Shown here one piece after another: positions 11,876 through 26,084 of a stretch of 56,829 nt of DNA. The notes beneath the pieces were generated by a model, which was not told the DNA's origin, did not search any database, and was given only the letters and a program-made list of their open reading frames with translations. The DNA is from Asterionella formosa (taxonomy: Eukaryota), in contig NKIB01013464.1 in assembly GCA_002256025.1 (NCBI GenBank), positions 1 through 56,829 on the forward strand, given 5' to 3'. Made by a program: the position numbers and the translations under genes. How positions within the stretch are numbered: the first letter of the stretch is position 1; each line of letters opens with the position of its first letter.

Positions 11876-13039
11876 CTAATACCGCTCGTCCCAAGATCGC
11901 TCCATATGCATTCTCTCTCGTTGTAACACTTGTGGTGACTTGCGTCGATGATTGTTATATGCAGTCGCCGCAATCAATGCACCAACCAACCCAAAGTACC
12001 CTCCTGTCAAGGTGGCACGCTGCATGCTGGAAATTCGGTAATAGTTGGGAGGAATCATGTGTGGATTGTAGAATCGCTGAAAGGTCTCATATCCACCGGC
12101 CAAGAGAATCAAATAAAATATAGGATTGTGAACATAGCCTTCGAATGCCATAAGCCCACCCATACCCAAACCTGCAAGGCCTGCATAGGGCGACAGGGCT
12201 CCCGCAATCCGTCCTCCATCCATGGATCCGATGGGCATCATGTTGAACAAGTTTACCATAAAGCCAAAATCAGCCAGGCTATTGATGTTGAGATTGGTGT
12301 CAAGTTTTCAGTGACGTGTGAGGTTGTAGACTTCGCAATTTCATTGCACAGAGTATTCAATCCATAGCTTGACTTACGCATACATCAACTGTGAATCCGT
12401 CATATGCCCTACAGCCATGACACCTAGAGCTCCAGCACTCCCAAGTACAGGTCCACCAAAAGCCACTAAGGCATCTTCCCAGGCATCACGTGGTTGTTGG
12501 TTCATTGCAATGACAGCTCCCATGAAGGGGACAAAGACCATGGGACTGAAAGGAATTCCTCGTTGCAACATGACCAACGCATGACCGGCCTCGTGCACCG
12601 TAATCAATCCCACCATACCGACTGCATAGGGAACACCGAAAAACATGCTGTAAGTGCCAATGGTCAGGACCATGCTGCCAAGACTGGCGAGTTTGGTGAG
12701 TTTCAGCGCGACTAGAAGATATTTCCCCTTGCCCCAGAGCAAGAGTGCTCCTGTTCCAATCACTCCAATGCTCTGAGTCAAGCGGTTTCCCTTGGGAATT
12801 CTACTCCAATTAGAAAGGGGAGCTAAGTGGACAGCCAGCGGCATCGTTGTGGATCTCTGCAAAACAGATCGAGTCAGAGGAGACGCCGCCGAAACATGTT
12901 GATTTAGAAAGCTGCGAGACGTAATTGGTAGAGCTGATTTGACCCTGTTGGAATAAACACGAGAACTGTTCGAGATTAGCTGCAGTGAGCGCCCTAAATG
13001 GGTTCGAATCGGAAAAAGGAGCGGTCGAATTGTCATCAT
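11876..13039 (-). CDS. Site-2 protease family (peptidase M50) intramembrane Zn metalloprotease
   Basis: Exons 13039-12378 and 12278-11876 give 354 aa. HEAGH (HExxH) lies in a TM segment, followed by AFGGP and NLFNMMPIGSMDGGR (NxxPxxxxDG). The ~90-aa N-terminal extension is R/S/L-rich. Confidence 0.9.
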
Positions 13040-13575
13040 GATGGTGTAAAGGAACGCAGGAACAAGTCGGACGAACAAGTGGAATAAAAGAAATGACATA
13101 AAGAAGCGAGAAATTCGTATTAGAATGGGTACATAGTAGAAATATACACTGGGGAGAGCTACATACAGTAAAAATTAAGCTTGTACACGGTTTTTTCACT
13201 TCGATGCATAAAACGGAAATCCCGGTATATGCTATTATCTTACCCCGCCGGTACCGGTACACACGGTAAGTAAAGGTACCTACCGGTAGTCGTATTTTTT
13301 TATTTGAAAAAAATGTCATGGCTGATGATACTACATGTCCTATTCCGTATGTATAGTGTTGATGGTACCTGCCAGATAGTACCTGTTACTACATACGGTA
13401 TATTTGGTGGAATCTACCGCTACGACAGGTATTCCAGTAACCACAGTTCGGGAACATAGGGTTCAATTTATGCAAATCCATACTAACTACCGGTTGACTA
13501 CCGGTAATAAAATGAAAGAGTGCATATACCGGTATTCCTGACATTCCTTGTCTATTCGTATGTTCTAGTTTCAAT

Positions 13576-16500
13576 CTAAATCCAGGGCATCCAACCAATG
13601 TAGCATTGCAACAAGTTCTCGCTCGAAGTTGCTTCCGAAATCATTCTATTTACCTGACCTTCGACTGACAAAGGTAGCAAATACATCATATCGTCATCCT
13701 CGTTGTTCGAGACTCGATCGGTTCGTGTGATCTTCTTATGGTTGGGGTTGCGGAGGTTGTAAACCCCCCGAAGGCGCTCTTCGATAATCTGCATAGATTG
13801 CTTGGCATCTTGTGACTCTTTCACCGACGCTCCAGCCTTTTCTTGTTTCTGTTGTGATCGCTGCTTTTTCCAGTCAATAATGGGATCTTTCAAAAATGGT
13901 TCCAAGACGCTAAGCAAAGTATCACGATTGCCTCTTAGTGTCGTCATAGCCATCTTAAGCGACGAGGCGAAGATGCCATCAGCTCCTACGGGACCGAAAG
14001 CATCCAACATGTTGGAAGTGAGGCGAAACGGAATAACTTCAGGTTTTGGAAGCGTTAACCCCTTGTCGAAGATGCAGTCAAAGTCGACATGAACACACGC
14101 CCCAGAGCTGGTGTCGATTAGGATATTTTCCGAGTGGCGGTCTCCAAGACCAATCACATGGCCAACAGCGGACCACACAGCTGAGGAATGAGTAAAGCGG
14201 GTTCGTGCATCGTACCAAGAGTGAGGATCCGTAAAATTTTGCACAAACCACCAGTAGAACAGAGGTGGATAATTCCTCAGACAAAGGTCGTCGAACATTG
14301 CTGCCGCTTTGGTCAAGTTGCCATTCTTGAAGTACATGGCTTGGCATTTATCAAATGTTTGGCGCAGCGAAACATCTCCAAAATTTCCGAGTCGCTTGCC
14401 ACGGCGGCGATGCGAAGTTGGCATCGCCTGCGGATTGTACGTCTTCAACACAAGCCCACGGAAAGATTCTGTGTTCGGGACCCATTCGAGAATTCCGCAG
14501 TCCTCTGAAAGGCAAGTCACAGCGAATGTCCGAAGGCTGAGACGACGGTGATTTTGAGAGTCTTTACTCGAATTAGCCAGCAATCTATTGATCACATTAT
14601 TCAAGTCTTGAACCCGAGCGTCTTTTCGAAGGTCACCCTTCTCTTCATTTTTGACAAGAAAATGCAATTCGCCAATGTCATCAGGCTGCTGCTTGCCACT
14701 TTCTGGATTCCGGTGCGGCTTTCGACCTCCTGGTACCATGAAAATACGGAGTCTCTTTGGTCTTGCTTTTGAACTCATGACCGCAACTTGAGGATTGATT
14801 GCACGCATGCGAGGAAACATGTCACTTATTCTGTCTTGGTCTTGTGCTGTTGATAACGCAGCCTGCACTGGCGGGACAAAATCAATGAGATCGACCTCTC
14901 CTGTCCATGGTCTGATCGTGAACTGGGAAGCGGTGGGTTCGCTAGGCTTATATCTGGAATACAAGATAAGGTTGTGAGTCAGACACGATGACGAAATATA
15001 GATAGAGCGTGGATTGGCTTACTTTGCGAGATCAATCAAGAATTTTACCAGTTTCGCCGAGGATAAAAGCATTCTCTGGCATTTTTTCTGTTTTCTTTTG
15101 ACAAGGCCGTCCTGGGCATTTTTGAAGATGAAGTCGCCTATCCTCGCTCTGTCCTTATTTGCCGAATTTCTCAACCACGTTAGCGTCCATACTGCCTGTC
15201 CAGGAAACTTCATCAGCACACGAGATAAAATCCCGTGAATAACCAAAGCAGTCTCACTATTTCGATGATTAACGCGTGAAATCAGTTGGGGCATGGCTGT
15301 GTAGAGCGATTTCGCGGGAATCGTCCGAGTCGCTTCCGACATCATTACGTTGACTTCGCTCTGCTTACTGATCATGATCGCTTGATTGGAGCTCACGTGA
15401 GTTACAATAACGAGACAATTGTAGATCTGGTAGAAAAGCACGATACTCGTTCCTTACCTTTGAAATCTAAACACTTTTGAGCCTTATTGTCGTTTAAGCC
15501 TTCTTTGTCTTTCTTGGTGTCCAACAATTTCTCGATATCATTGCCTAGGATGCCTGTGAACTCAAACCACAACGAAAGAAGTCGAGGTAACGCGATGTAG
15601 ACGTGCTTTTCGCCGAGCTTAAGTGCTTCAATATATTGCTTCATCGCAAGCACAAGATAATTTTGGCAGTTCTCATCTCGGAAAACTGTGAACGACCTGG
15701 CTGCCCCCTCGTCAACAGAGTTCAACATATCCATATCACGCTTACCAAGTGCTGTGATGCGTGTTTCAAGAATTGTATCTATGTACTTAGCGAACTGGAA
15801 GTGACATTTCTCCCATGTCGGCGCCAATTCGTGAGCCACTTTGAATCGTTCAGTGAGTTCAGATACGCCTTTGAGTCCACCCTCAACCATCCACTGAGTC
15901 GATTGGAGAAGGCGCTTTGCGAACCTGTCTGAATTGGCCACTTCGAGTCCGTTTGTCTTCAGTAGTTTAGACATTGTTATAGCATCTCGTTCTACTGCAA
16001 ATTGATGCGTGTTTCCTGCTTTCACATCCAGCCAACCTCTAACATCGTCGTCACCAAGAATTCGAAGTGCAGTCATAATTTCTCCTGTATTGTATTCCAG
16101 CTTCGCCAGTTGCATTTGTATCGAGCCCATAAAATCAGCAAGTTCAATTCTTGAAAAACTATCGTTTCCTCTATCAGTTTGGAAGATAGTCGAGGCGGCT
16201 TTAGCAAACGAGTTTGCTGCGATTTTGTACATGCCGTTTTTCCTGGCCTTGACTCCTCGCTTAAGGTGCAACGAGCCCTCTAAGCTGGCGTCATTCGCAA
16301 GGCGGGTGAGGGCTGTTCGCACATCTATAACTGTGAAACTTTTGAGAGATGAGACGACTGCAAGGCGACCATTCCAATCGAAATCAATCGGCGAGTTGGC
16401 CAGCTCCGATAAGCATTGTCCTGGACTGAGAAACACTTCGCTGACATCCTGAATCTCCCGAAGACAATGAAGTCGGACGAGAAACGGATATGATCTTGTG

Positions 16501-19500
16501 TAACTTTCCCGAGACATGTTTGACAATGCAGATAAAGTGGCACGACGACCGCATTCAAGAGAGCTGTCAACAAGCGATTGAGAGCGTTCTTGTAGTCCAA
16601 GCATCACCTTTCCCAGGGAAATGTGATAAGCAGTGGCTTCATCAATTGTATCAGTGGGCCCCATTTCGGCCGCGAGGAGACCATCAATTTCACTCCAGCG
16701 TCCTAATTTCCACGCGGCTTCGACTGCGAAAGGAATCAAGTGCAATGGCTTCAAATTCGTTTTGCTGGAGTGTACTTCGCCGACGAGAATGGTTTCGACT
16801 ATTTCAGGCCTACTTATCATGCCGTTTACTTGATTAAGCACGGTTTCAAACCGTCCAAGTTCTAAAAGGCATCTAAGAGCACCTTCTTCAAGCTTCCTTC
16901 GCTTTATGGGGTTTTCCTCGAGCTGTAGACAACGCTCGTAGTCATTATATGCTCCTTCGAAATCTCCTCTTGCCTCCCTTTCAACAATCGAGTCTTCGCC
17001 GAAAACTTCCAATTCTGGTTTGGGTACTCCACTCATCGTATCAAAGTCGTCCAAATTTCCAAGTACCTTCTTGAGAAAACTGCTATTGAGGCCGTCAATT
17101 ACATGTCCTTTTCTTGGGCGTGCAAGCATGTCCGCTTCTGGTCTGTTCTGTGTGGGACTGTCAAAAATTTCACGTGCAAACTTTCCTCGAGCCAACATCT
17201 CGAGACACTGTAAAGCTCGTGCGTGCATTCCGACGGACGTGGCAGCTTTAGCCCTCAGTTCCAGTGGGACTGCATCCATTAAAGCTTCGATCTTGTTCAA
17301 GCCTTCTACAGCTGACCAGTTTGATGAATCTTCCAAAATTACGCTGGTACTTCTAGAGGACGATGAGAGCCGAGAATTACATTTGTGACGATCCTCAATT
17401 TCGTGTTCTGCCCACCACTGTAATGTGTCAAGGATCGAAAAGACAGCACTGATTGCTTTCTGTCTTTCTCCTTGACCCATTCGACATGATGTGGAGCTAT
17501 CAGTGTCTATATCAGGTAAGTGATGACACAGAACATCCAACAGCTCAGAATGAATGGCGTCCTCAACTACTTTAATGTCCGAGCAAAGCCTATCAAGAAT
17601 CAACAAAGGAAGAATGAACTCGGCAACGGCCAATCCAGCTGAAGATCTTATTGCAGTACGGCATGCAAAGAAAAAGTCCGTCCATTGGTTATCGCCACTT
17701 ATTTTTGACCTTCGAATCATATATCGACAGAAGTTTGATAGCCAAACAAAGTACGACGAGGCATGCTTAAAAAAAGGAGGTGAACAATATTCTGTCATTG
17801 TCTTTGACGATGCCTCCTTGTACTTCGAAGCCCAAAATGGTTCTATCATCTCAAGAACTTCCGCTTTAGAAAGTTGATCACGAAGCCATTGACTCATTTC
17901 GCCCCTCTCGTTGGTGGTTGCTGTCTTCTGTAAGTCGCCAATATTATCAACCAGCATTGTAGTACCGATAGAATCATTTCCACGTTTCCCGTCCTTGTCT
18001 AGGTTGCCCAGGAGTTGTTGGATGGTGAAGGCGATCTTGTCTAGATCCGTAGAATCTGGTGCTGCCTTAAGCGCACCCACTAAATGTTTCGTGACCAGCT
18101 GCAACTCATACCGAGTTGAGCGCGACTTCCATGGGGGTTGAGTGAGTAGCCAAGAGCGGCTCAGATCTCCAATGCCACTCCTGTCTTGCCTTCTATTCTC
18201 GCCCACACAGATCTCGCCAAGACGATTTCCGTCAATGGCACCAATTTCTCCAAGGCAAACTGCCAAATACAATTGTGCCTCGTCGTCGTCTTCGGTGCCG
18301 CATCTTCGGAGTAGGGTCTCCATCATCCAAGCAACTCGTCCTTTAGTAAAGCGCCTACGAGATTTTCCGGGGCATTCATCGTCGTAGGTTACAGTAAGAA
18401 AGAGTGCTGCTGGAGATTGTTCTTCAATTTCAATCAGTTTGTAGAAAAGGAAACGGTTTGCTCGCAAAAGATTTGTGAGATACTGTAGAGCCACTTTTCG
18501 CACGCTTGAGCTTTCATGCTCAAATAATGGACACAAAACGCCAATACGGCGTTGCAAGGATTTCTGGGCATAGACGCTGTCAAATATCGCTACGTCTTTC
18601 TGTTCCCCATCAGTACTACCTCCTACGTCGTGATCTTGCGCCTCTTGGGCGGATGTCATCTCGAATAAATTGTTAAAGTCAACGCCAAATGATTGGAGCG
18701 AATTTCTAACTTTGTCTAGCGACGTGAATTGAGGCAAGAATGGTATATCTTTGAAGAAAACTGCAAGCTTTTCGCCCAAGGCTCCTGAAGACAGCCACTC
18801 TAATAGGGAGATAGCAACTTTGCCTGCTTCCCATTCTGGTGCATTAGTTGAATTCGAGTTCGATTGTGGTATGACAGGGAACAAGCTAACAACCACGGTT
18901 GTCAAATGTTGTCCAAGTGTTTCACTTTGATCTTCTGCCCAAAGTCTCAAGTATTGCGATAAGACCTGAACCGCGAAGAGGCGAAGAAGGGAAGCCGTGG
19001 GTTCGTTTTTCGAATCGTCAGACATGGCCATGTTCACTGTGGCCAGCATTTGTGGAACAAATTGTGGGGCCTCGCCTGGCAATAGGAATAGAAGCATTAT
19101 CTTGAGGCAGCGCAATCCACGAACACGGTCTTGCATAGACCTAAATTTCCATTTCTGCTGAACAATATTCACCGTCAGGGACAAAAAGTTGACAGATACC
19201 CATCTTGAAGCCAGCTCATTCAAGAATTCATTCCCTCCACAAACCGGTCCCCCTGACAAACAATCCTTATCAAGCGCTGCTGCTGCAGATCGAATTGCCA
19301 GAACTGCATCATGTTCCATTTCATCATCCAAACTCAGCTCCCAAAGAATATTTCCTAATAGTTTCGAGCTTTCAAACTGAATCATTTCTTTGAGCTGTAC
19401 AGTTCGCTTGATCACGGTTTCCAGGAAGAACAAAAGTGGCGAGGACCTCCGATCTGCAATATTGCTAGCGAGAAGTCGTGGCAAGATCATGCCAATATTG

Positions 19501-22500
19501 ATAGGATGTAGGCAAAGCAGCTTTGTTTGCTCCTCTAGGATGCTTCTGCTCGCATCGACGCCACGAATCTTAATGATTGGGCCAAGTGGTGAACCAATTA
19601 ATTTGTCACTCGGACCCACATGATACTGCTCAACCTGTTTTTCGATCTGTTTCCTCTGGTGCAAAAGAAATAGATTGAATCCGGTTGCAAGGCGCAAGGT
19701 GTCATAATCGTTCTCTAACATCAATGAAGGAAAAAGAAAACGAATAGCGTCGCCAAAGAAAGCAGAAACTTCAAAAATAGACGATTCGTGATCTAGCATC
19801 GGCTCCTTTAATTGTCGATACAACGACGGTTGCTTCACGAGGAATGATGCAATGAATGTGAATAGCATGTTATACTGGTCCTTCCGGACCTCCCTTGCCA
19901 TTGGATCACAATCACTGCTTTCAGTTACGAGGGAGGTTGTGCAAGGAAACAGAAGATCAACGAAGAGAACCGGTGCGTAAACTTCTTTCCCTTGCTGTTC
20001 AAGAAGCTGTCCTGGTATTTTTTCCTTGCTGATGCCCATAATTGCATGAAAAGCAAGCGCTGAAATCGACGCCTTTGAATCATGCGAAGCGTTACCAGTC
20101 CGAATATTGTTGTCTGTGGAAGTCCAGAAGCGTAGGAGACGAACGAACGAGTACTCAAAAACAAGTCTCCCAAAGTAAGAGCTCGGATCAACATTCTTGC
20201 AGAATGACGTTAGCACTTGAATTGCAGCATATTGAAAAACAACCGTTGTTTCCCGTTGTTGATTGATTCGGCTTGATTCTGATGATGACAAGTTAGTCGC
20301 TTCGTTTACAGAGGTGCATGCCATGGTGAAAGAAAGTTGTGACTGCGGAACCTGGCAGAACTTGAACATAAGTGTATCAATTGCATGGAATGTTCGTGAA
20401 ATGACCGTAGCAGCAGTACTTTCCTTTTTCCTCGAATTTTCATCGCGTACAAGTAAATCACGCTCGTTTCCATTCGCAAAAAGGGTACCCAAAAGGGAAG
20501 CGCCGTCCCTTAGCAGAGTCTTCCCAAGGAAGGGGGCGATTTGTCGTCTCACATTCGGGTCTGGGTCTACAAACGGAGCTTCGAAAAGCCAAACCAGTGC
20601 AGTAGATTTCTCTAGAAAGGGCTTTGTAGTAGCATCCGTGTATGCAGCATTTCGGTCGGTCTTGGGTAAATGAAAATCGATGACGTTCGTAGATTGACAA
20701 GCCTGGCTGAGGAGGCTCCAAGTTACAAGCCTTTTTGTTGCGTCAAATGTTTCGAGGGTTGGAATCGCCATGCGCAAGATTTCCATGTTCATTCCCCTGC
20801 ACATACCATGGTTAATAGCAGTATGTGCATGCGTTCCGTCCCCAACCTTGATCCTTGTGATTTTGGTGCGAACAGTATGCAGCAGACGACTGACGAATGC
20901 GATATTTATTGTGAAAGAGAGGTCGGTGACAAAAACTTTCTGGAGGTGGTGCAGAGTTTCAACTGCAAAACGAGCTGCAGAATATTTACTGTTCCCATTT
21001 GATGCAATTTCCATCATGTATTGCAAAGGAATAATGGATAGCAATTCTGGTGAGAGGTTTCCGTCTAGGGTTTCTGCCTTGCTTTCCCCTGAGTGGCCTT
21101 TGAGAATATTTGATAGCGAAACCACAAGAATTGGAGTTAGCTGCAAAATAGATGCTTGAGTACTATCATCAAGCTCCCGAAAATCAATAAACACCTGCGT
21201 CAAACATTCGCAGCATTTATTGTAGATATCGTTGCTTGATGTGTTGTAAAAATGAAAAGGCTTGAGGCACGCCAGAAGTCCCATCCTGAGATCGCAAGGA
21301 CACATATTAGCAAACAAAGTGGTCGCAAATTTCTTTCAAAGACGAGAAGTTCCGTACCTTTCCAGGAGAGTTGTGCGATAAAGTAGTTGAAGTACACAGA
21401 GGCTTGGGCAATGTTGTGGTACAGGGAAAGTATTGACTGGAGCGCATGAATCACAACAGATGTTAGCCCTTGGTTTCATGAATTCCGGGATCGAAACGGT
21501 CCGGTTGTTATAGTGCATCCAAATTTGCCATGCTGTGTGAGATATAAAAAAGAGGTAAGTATCTGTCCACCTTTTCGCTGGTGATTCAGCAACAACAAAG
21601 TGGAGAGACAGGGCGCAACTGATAAGAATATCAGCCACATCTAACAGTTGATTCTGGAGTTCTGTTTCTCCTCTATCCACTAACTGTAAACGTGATGACA
21701 ACGCCTCGGTCACACGTTGGGTCGCAGTAGTAAGCAGCTCAAAAATGCAAAAAACCTCTGGAAAAGAAATTTGAAAGCTACCCAAACTTCCGTCATTGAT
21801 CTGGTTTGTGTTAAGGTATCTCGTGACGTGATTTGAGAGTATTGTTATGTAGCTGACAAGAAGGCATACGTCCGTCGTGGTAACTACATCGGATGCAGTG
21901 TCTTCCATAAAAATAGGTCTTTCTGATGAAAGAATTCTTTTAGCGCATTCTATTGCTTGGCAAAACGAGAGAGTGATCGATTCCAAGCTTTTTCGAGTTG
22001 GGGAAGTGATATCTGTATGCATTACGAAAACTTCTGGAATCAGTCCATCACCAACGGGGGAAGGCGTTGCCATGATTCCATATGATCGTTGCCTTTTGGG
22101 AGATCGCTCTACGATCAAATGTTGAGCTAAGGAAGCATTTCGAGTGTTTCTCTTTGGTGATATCCAGGCAGCAACCTTGCGCTTTCCACTTTGAGCTAAA
22201 GTATCGTCAGACTTCGATGACTCCTGCTGGGCCTCGATGTTTTCCTTTTCCATTGTACATTTTGCCCATGCTGCAGAGCAAGAAATTACTATCTCATCTT
22301 GACCAAAAAGGCTCACAGTTTCAGTCGCCACCAACAAGTCATTGAGAACAACGATGGCCTCCCGCGACAATTTCCACTCCTTGAGCATCTCCAAAAGTGC
22401 AGACATCGACCAATTCATGGAGAATAGTGATGCTGAATTTCTTGCAATGAAGAATTCATTTGTCAAAGGTGAGGGTGTCGACAAGGACGTATGTATAGCA

Positions 22501-23805
22501 GCGAGGATTGATCGGCCCAACTGCAATGCATCGCGCTGAAGCGACAACTTCGACATAGGTCGCAAGCAATCGATCAAAGGAGAAATCGCTTGGAGTCTAA
22601 TCTCGTGCACAGTATAGATTCCATACTGTGGACAAATTATACTTCTGTGGATGGCTTCATTAATGCAGCATGCAAGAGCCTCACATTTCTTCTTCAGATA
22701 TGGTACGTCCGGACAATTCCCCAGTGAATCAAAAAAGGTTGCAGCAGATTGTGAAATGATCAAAGCCAGAAACGATGGAAGAGTTGAGTGCAACGCCGCA
22801 AAAGATTTTTGATCTTGAACGAAGAAGTTGATTATCGAAACAGCTGATATCTTTACTGACAAAGACAACGACCACAGGTTGTCAGATTGAATATGTTCGG
22901 AGAGAATAATCTGACGGCAGCAAGCTAGGAAATCTGCCAGCAATGCGCCGTCGCTGAACATATGACCTAAGTGGCAATTTACATGCTCAAAAGGTCCCTC
23001 CAAAGAAAATTCCTTTCGAGGGTCATTATAAGATGGTGACTCAGTTTCTTTGATACGTTGCAAGGTCAACAGGATCTGAATGACCTTCATAGTCGACATC
23101 TGAAGCAAAACCAGATTTTCAGCACTACGAATTTTCAAGAAGTAATCCTCAACAGAAGTTTCGCAAAACATAGAGACCTCAACAGAATCGGAATATTCTA
23201 GAAGATTCGCTTCTGATATGACACCCAGGTCGAAGAGAAAATTCATCAAATCTCGCAGGACAGTGGATTGCAATCGGGGAATGAAGTTTAGCAAATGCGC
23301 TATAGTGGTACATATCTTCCCAATAACGACAACCTCTTCAATCTCCTGAAATTCCTGATTCATCGTCAGCTGCAGTATTCGTTTCGATCCCAAATGTTCA
23401 TACAAGCACATGACACGGGGGAAAACTGACGTTGGCGGCAAAAAATGAAAAGTCGAGGTTTAGCATCACGAACAAGATCAAATCAGCAGCCCATCTACTC
23501 TCGCATCGGCACTTACTCTTGGTACCACCATTTCCCCATTGAAACAGCTGTGGGGCATGAGGGCAAAACACTCCAGACAAAATGTTCCTGTAAAAATCAC
23601 ATAAATGTATAACGTCCAGTGGGTGGGGATTGGCGTCTGCCCCGTACTCTTCTTCTGCTCGAGGCAACGACTTTTGCAGTCCTAGTTGAGCTGTCTGGCA
23701 TTCATTTGGAATTATTTCTTCGTATGGTCTACCTTTATGAAACTGCTCGTGTTCGTTGCAGGCTTCAGCGACCCGCAGCAGTAGTGGTTTCACTTCGGAT
23801 GACAT
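13576..23805 (-). CDS. ATR: Serine/threonine kinase ATR (PIKK family), 5 exons, ~3306 aa
   Basis: Exons 23805-23517, 23425-21358, 21285-15458, 15380-15023 and 14953-13576 sum to 9921 nt in frame, with GT..AG introns of 69-91 nt. FAT region: ESYTRSYPFLVRLH, ALPRLLSLW. PI3K-like kinase: SSKARPKR, DLRKDARV, GLGDRHSENIL, HVDFDCIFDKG, PEVIPFRLT. FATC end: LSVEGQV...YIGWMPWI. The acceptor at 15381 (AAG) is the least certain junction. Confidence 0.92.
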
Positions 23806-24581
23806 TTCTTGTTCAACAGATAATGGTTGACACAATGGTTGGAAGACTTCGAGTCCTTATGTCGTGTTCTGACCGAGAAGAAAACAGCAGCGTGACATGA
23901 GAGTCAATTCAAACGGCACGGGAAAGATAGCAGCATAGCAGCAACGAAGGAAGAGTATAAATTATTATGATACACCGGAATCATCTTATTAACGACGACA
24001 ATATTTATGATGCGCCAAAATGGAGGAAGAGACCCAGATCGCGTGTATACTGGTATTTTTCAATACATGATATAAATCGTCCCTCATCATTCATGTACAT
24101 AACTGTATAACAAGTTCCTGTGGTAAATACAGATACCGGTATACCATTACAAGTTGCGGTAATTTTGCTGAGCTAAAGATTTAGCTATTTTTATCCTAGA
24201 TTAAATTGTTGATTTAAGCAAAATGACCGCAACTTGCCTGGTACCTGGTACCGATATGTGAGTATTGGCTAATTACATGAAAATATACTTCATATCATTA
24301 TGTAGTTGATCCTCTTGTCCTTCGACGAGCGACGATTTCTTTTGAATAAAATGTACTTTGAAGGGTGTACTTTATGGAGCGCAATGAATACTGGTCGATA
24401 GTAATTAAGGTTGCGACACCGCAGTTCCACATCGCGAGGTCTTTTTTCCCAAAATAATTTTATGATGTACTTCAATCTACACTCAGTACGTACAACTGCA
24501 CAAAATATAGTTTAAGAAAACATTAGCTTTCACCAATACGACGACTTTGCATATGCTTATATGTAGTCATTGCTCGACTTA

Positions 24582-24770
24582 GGGGTATGATCTATATTCA
24601 GATATGTAAAGGACCTCACATCTGGAGAGAACTGGCAGTTATCCCCCGTAGATTAATTTAAAAGCTTCGTAGCCCCTTTTTTTGGGATAGTTATGATTCG
24701 TAGGGGGTAACTGCCACTTCTCTCCAGATGTGAGGTCCTTGCTTACCATATCTGAAATAGATCATACCCC
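24582..24770. mobile_element. Fold-back MITE-like element with ~66-68 bp imperfect terminal inverted repeats
   Basis: 24582-24647 (GGGGTATGATCTAT...GTTATCCCCC) is the near reverse complement of 24703-24770 (GGGGGTAACTGCCAC...ATAGATCATACCCC). Flanks are TTA and TTT. Non-coding. Confidence 0.7.
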
Positions 24771-25554
24771 TTTTATCTGAATCTTCATGAAGAATCTTTG
24801 CATGCAGAAACTAGAGACCTTGATGATAGGAACAATTTGATTTCCTCCTTGCAAATCATCATCATGCAAATTTCGCAAGTGTAGCTAGCTCAACAATACC
24901 ATTGAATCGCGTTGTTCATTTGGTGAAAGGAGATATGTGACATTTAAGACACCATCGCGGTGTCCACGAGCAGTTCTGAGTGTGCATGTTCGATAGAGAA
25001 CCGGTTTTCCAAAGCATGATTTCAGTCACAATTACATTTACTTTAGCTAATTGCATCCATATCCAAAATTTGGGGATACAACAATCTCCTTGTTGCAAGA
25101 CTTCTATGCATTGTGTGGAGGAGATGGCGGATAGAAGCTACTAGTTCATAGTCGCACATATCAAAATACATCAGTGGCGAAAGGGAATATAATATTGTCA
25201 CAGTGGTGTCTAAAGAAATCCAGGTGGCAGATCTTCACTCATATCGTTCTGCATCCTTACTGACATACCTTGTTTGAGTTGCGATTCCTTCGTTTGCATG
25301 TCGTTCATGAACTTGATCAATGTTTCTTGAGTTTATTGTATTGCCATAGATTGTATGTTTTGCATATTGTTTACAAGTGATGAAAATCGTGATTACACAC
25401 AAGTCGCAATAAAAATTACTTTTGATCACTCCGCCCAAAAATTGATTCCGTTGTTGCCATTTGGGGTGAAACTGGTGTCTTTGTTGATTTATTTAATTAA
25501 ATGCCTTATATTAAATTCATGAAATTAGTGATGCTTACATATTGAATTAATTTC

Positions 25555-26084
25555 AGGGAAAGTGTGATAATCTTGTCAGGGCTTACATGAGGAGGAATCA
25601 TGTCAGAGCAAGACTAGATTACTGGAGCAATCATCATGAAAGAACAAGATCAGATTATATATTAAACAAATAGCTCACAATGTTACAAAGTTGTAAAGTG
25701 AAAATAAATTTTCAGCTTTAGTGATCTTAACAGTAAGATCAGTGATATTTCAACTAGACAAATTTACATGTTTTAAAATGAACCTGCAGGTCTAGAGACA
25801 TGGTTGTGGCCGATGAGAAATACTTTTCACTTGATCAAGTTTGAAATGCTTATTTATTGTATTAAGATCAGGAGGGAAAGTGTGATAAATCTTGCCTTTA
25901 GGGCTGACATGAGGAATCATGTAAGAACAAGACAAGATTGCTGGACTATAATCACAAAAGAACAAGATCAGATAGATAATTAACAAATAGCTCACAATAT
26001 TACAAAGCTGTAAAGTGAAAATACCTTTTCAGTGTTAGTGATCTTAAAAGTAAGATCAGGGATATTTCAACTAGACAATTTAAA
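25555..26084 (+). repeat. Two diverged direct copies (~210 bp) of a dispersed repeat
   Basis: 25555-25768 and 25873-26084 share AGGGAAAGTGTGATA...AGAACAAGATCAGAT...ACAAATAGCTCACAAT...TTAGTGATCTTAA..GTAAGATCAG.GATATTTCAACTAGACA. Confidence 0.9.

Noticed and set aside
9193..23805. PRIM1 and ATR as a replication/checkpoint cluster
   Set aside because: Only two genes, separated by an unrelated protease gene; compatible with chance.
15019..23835. Separate ORFs as independent genes or a frameshifted pseudogene
   Set aside because: Canonical short introns join them in frame into a single ATR gene.
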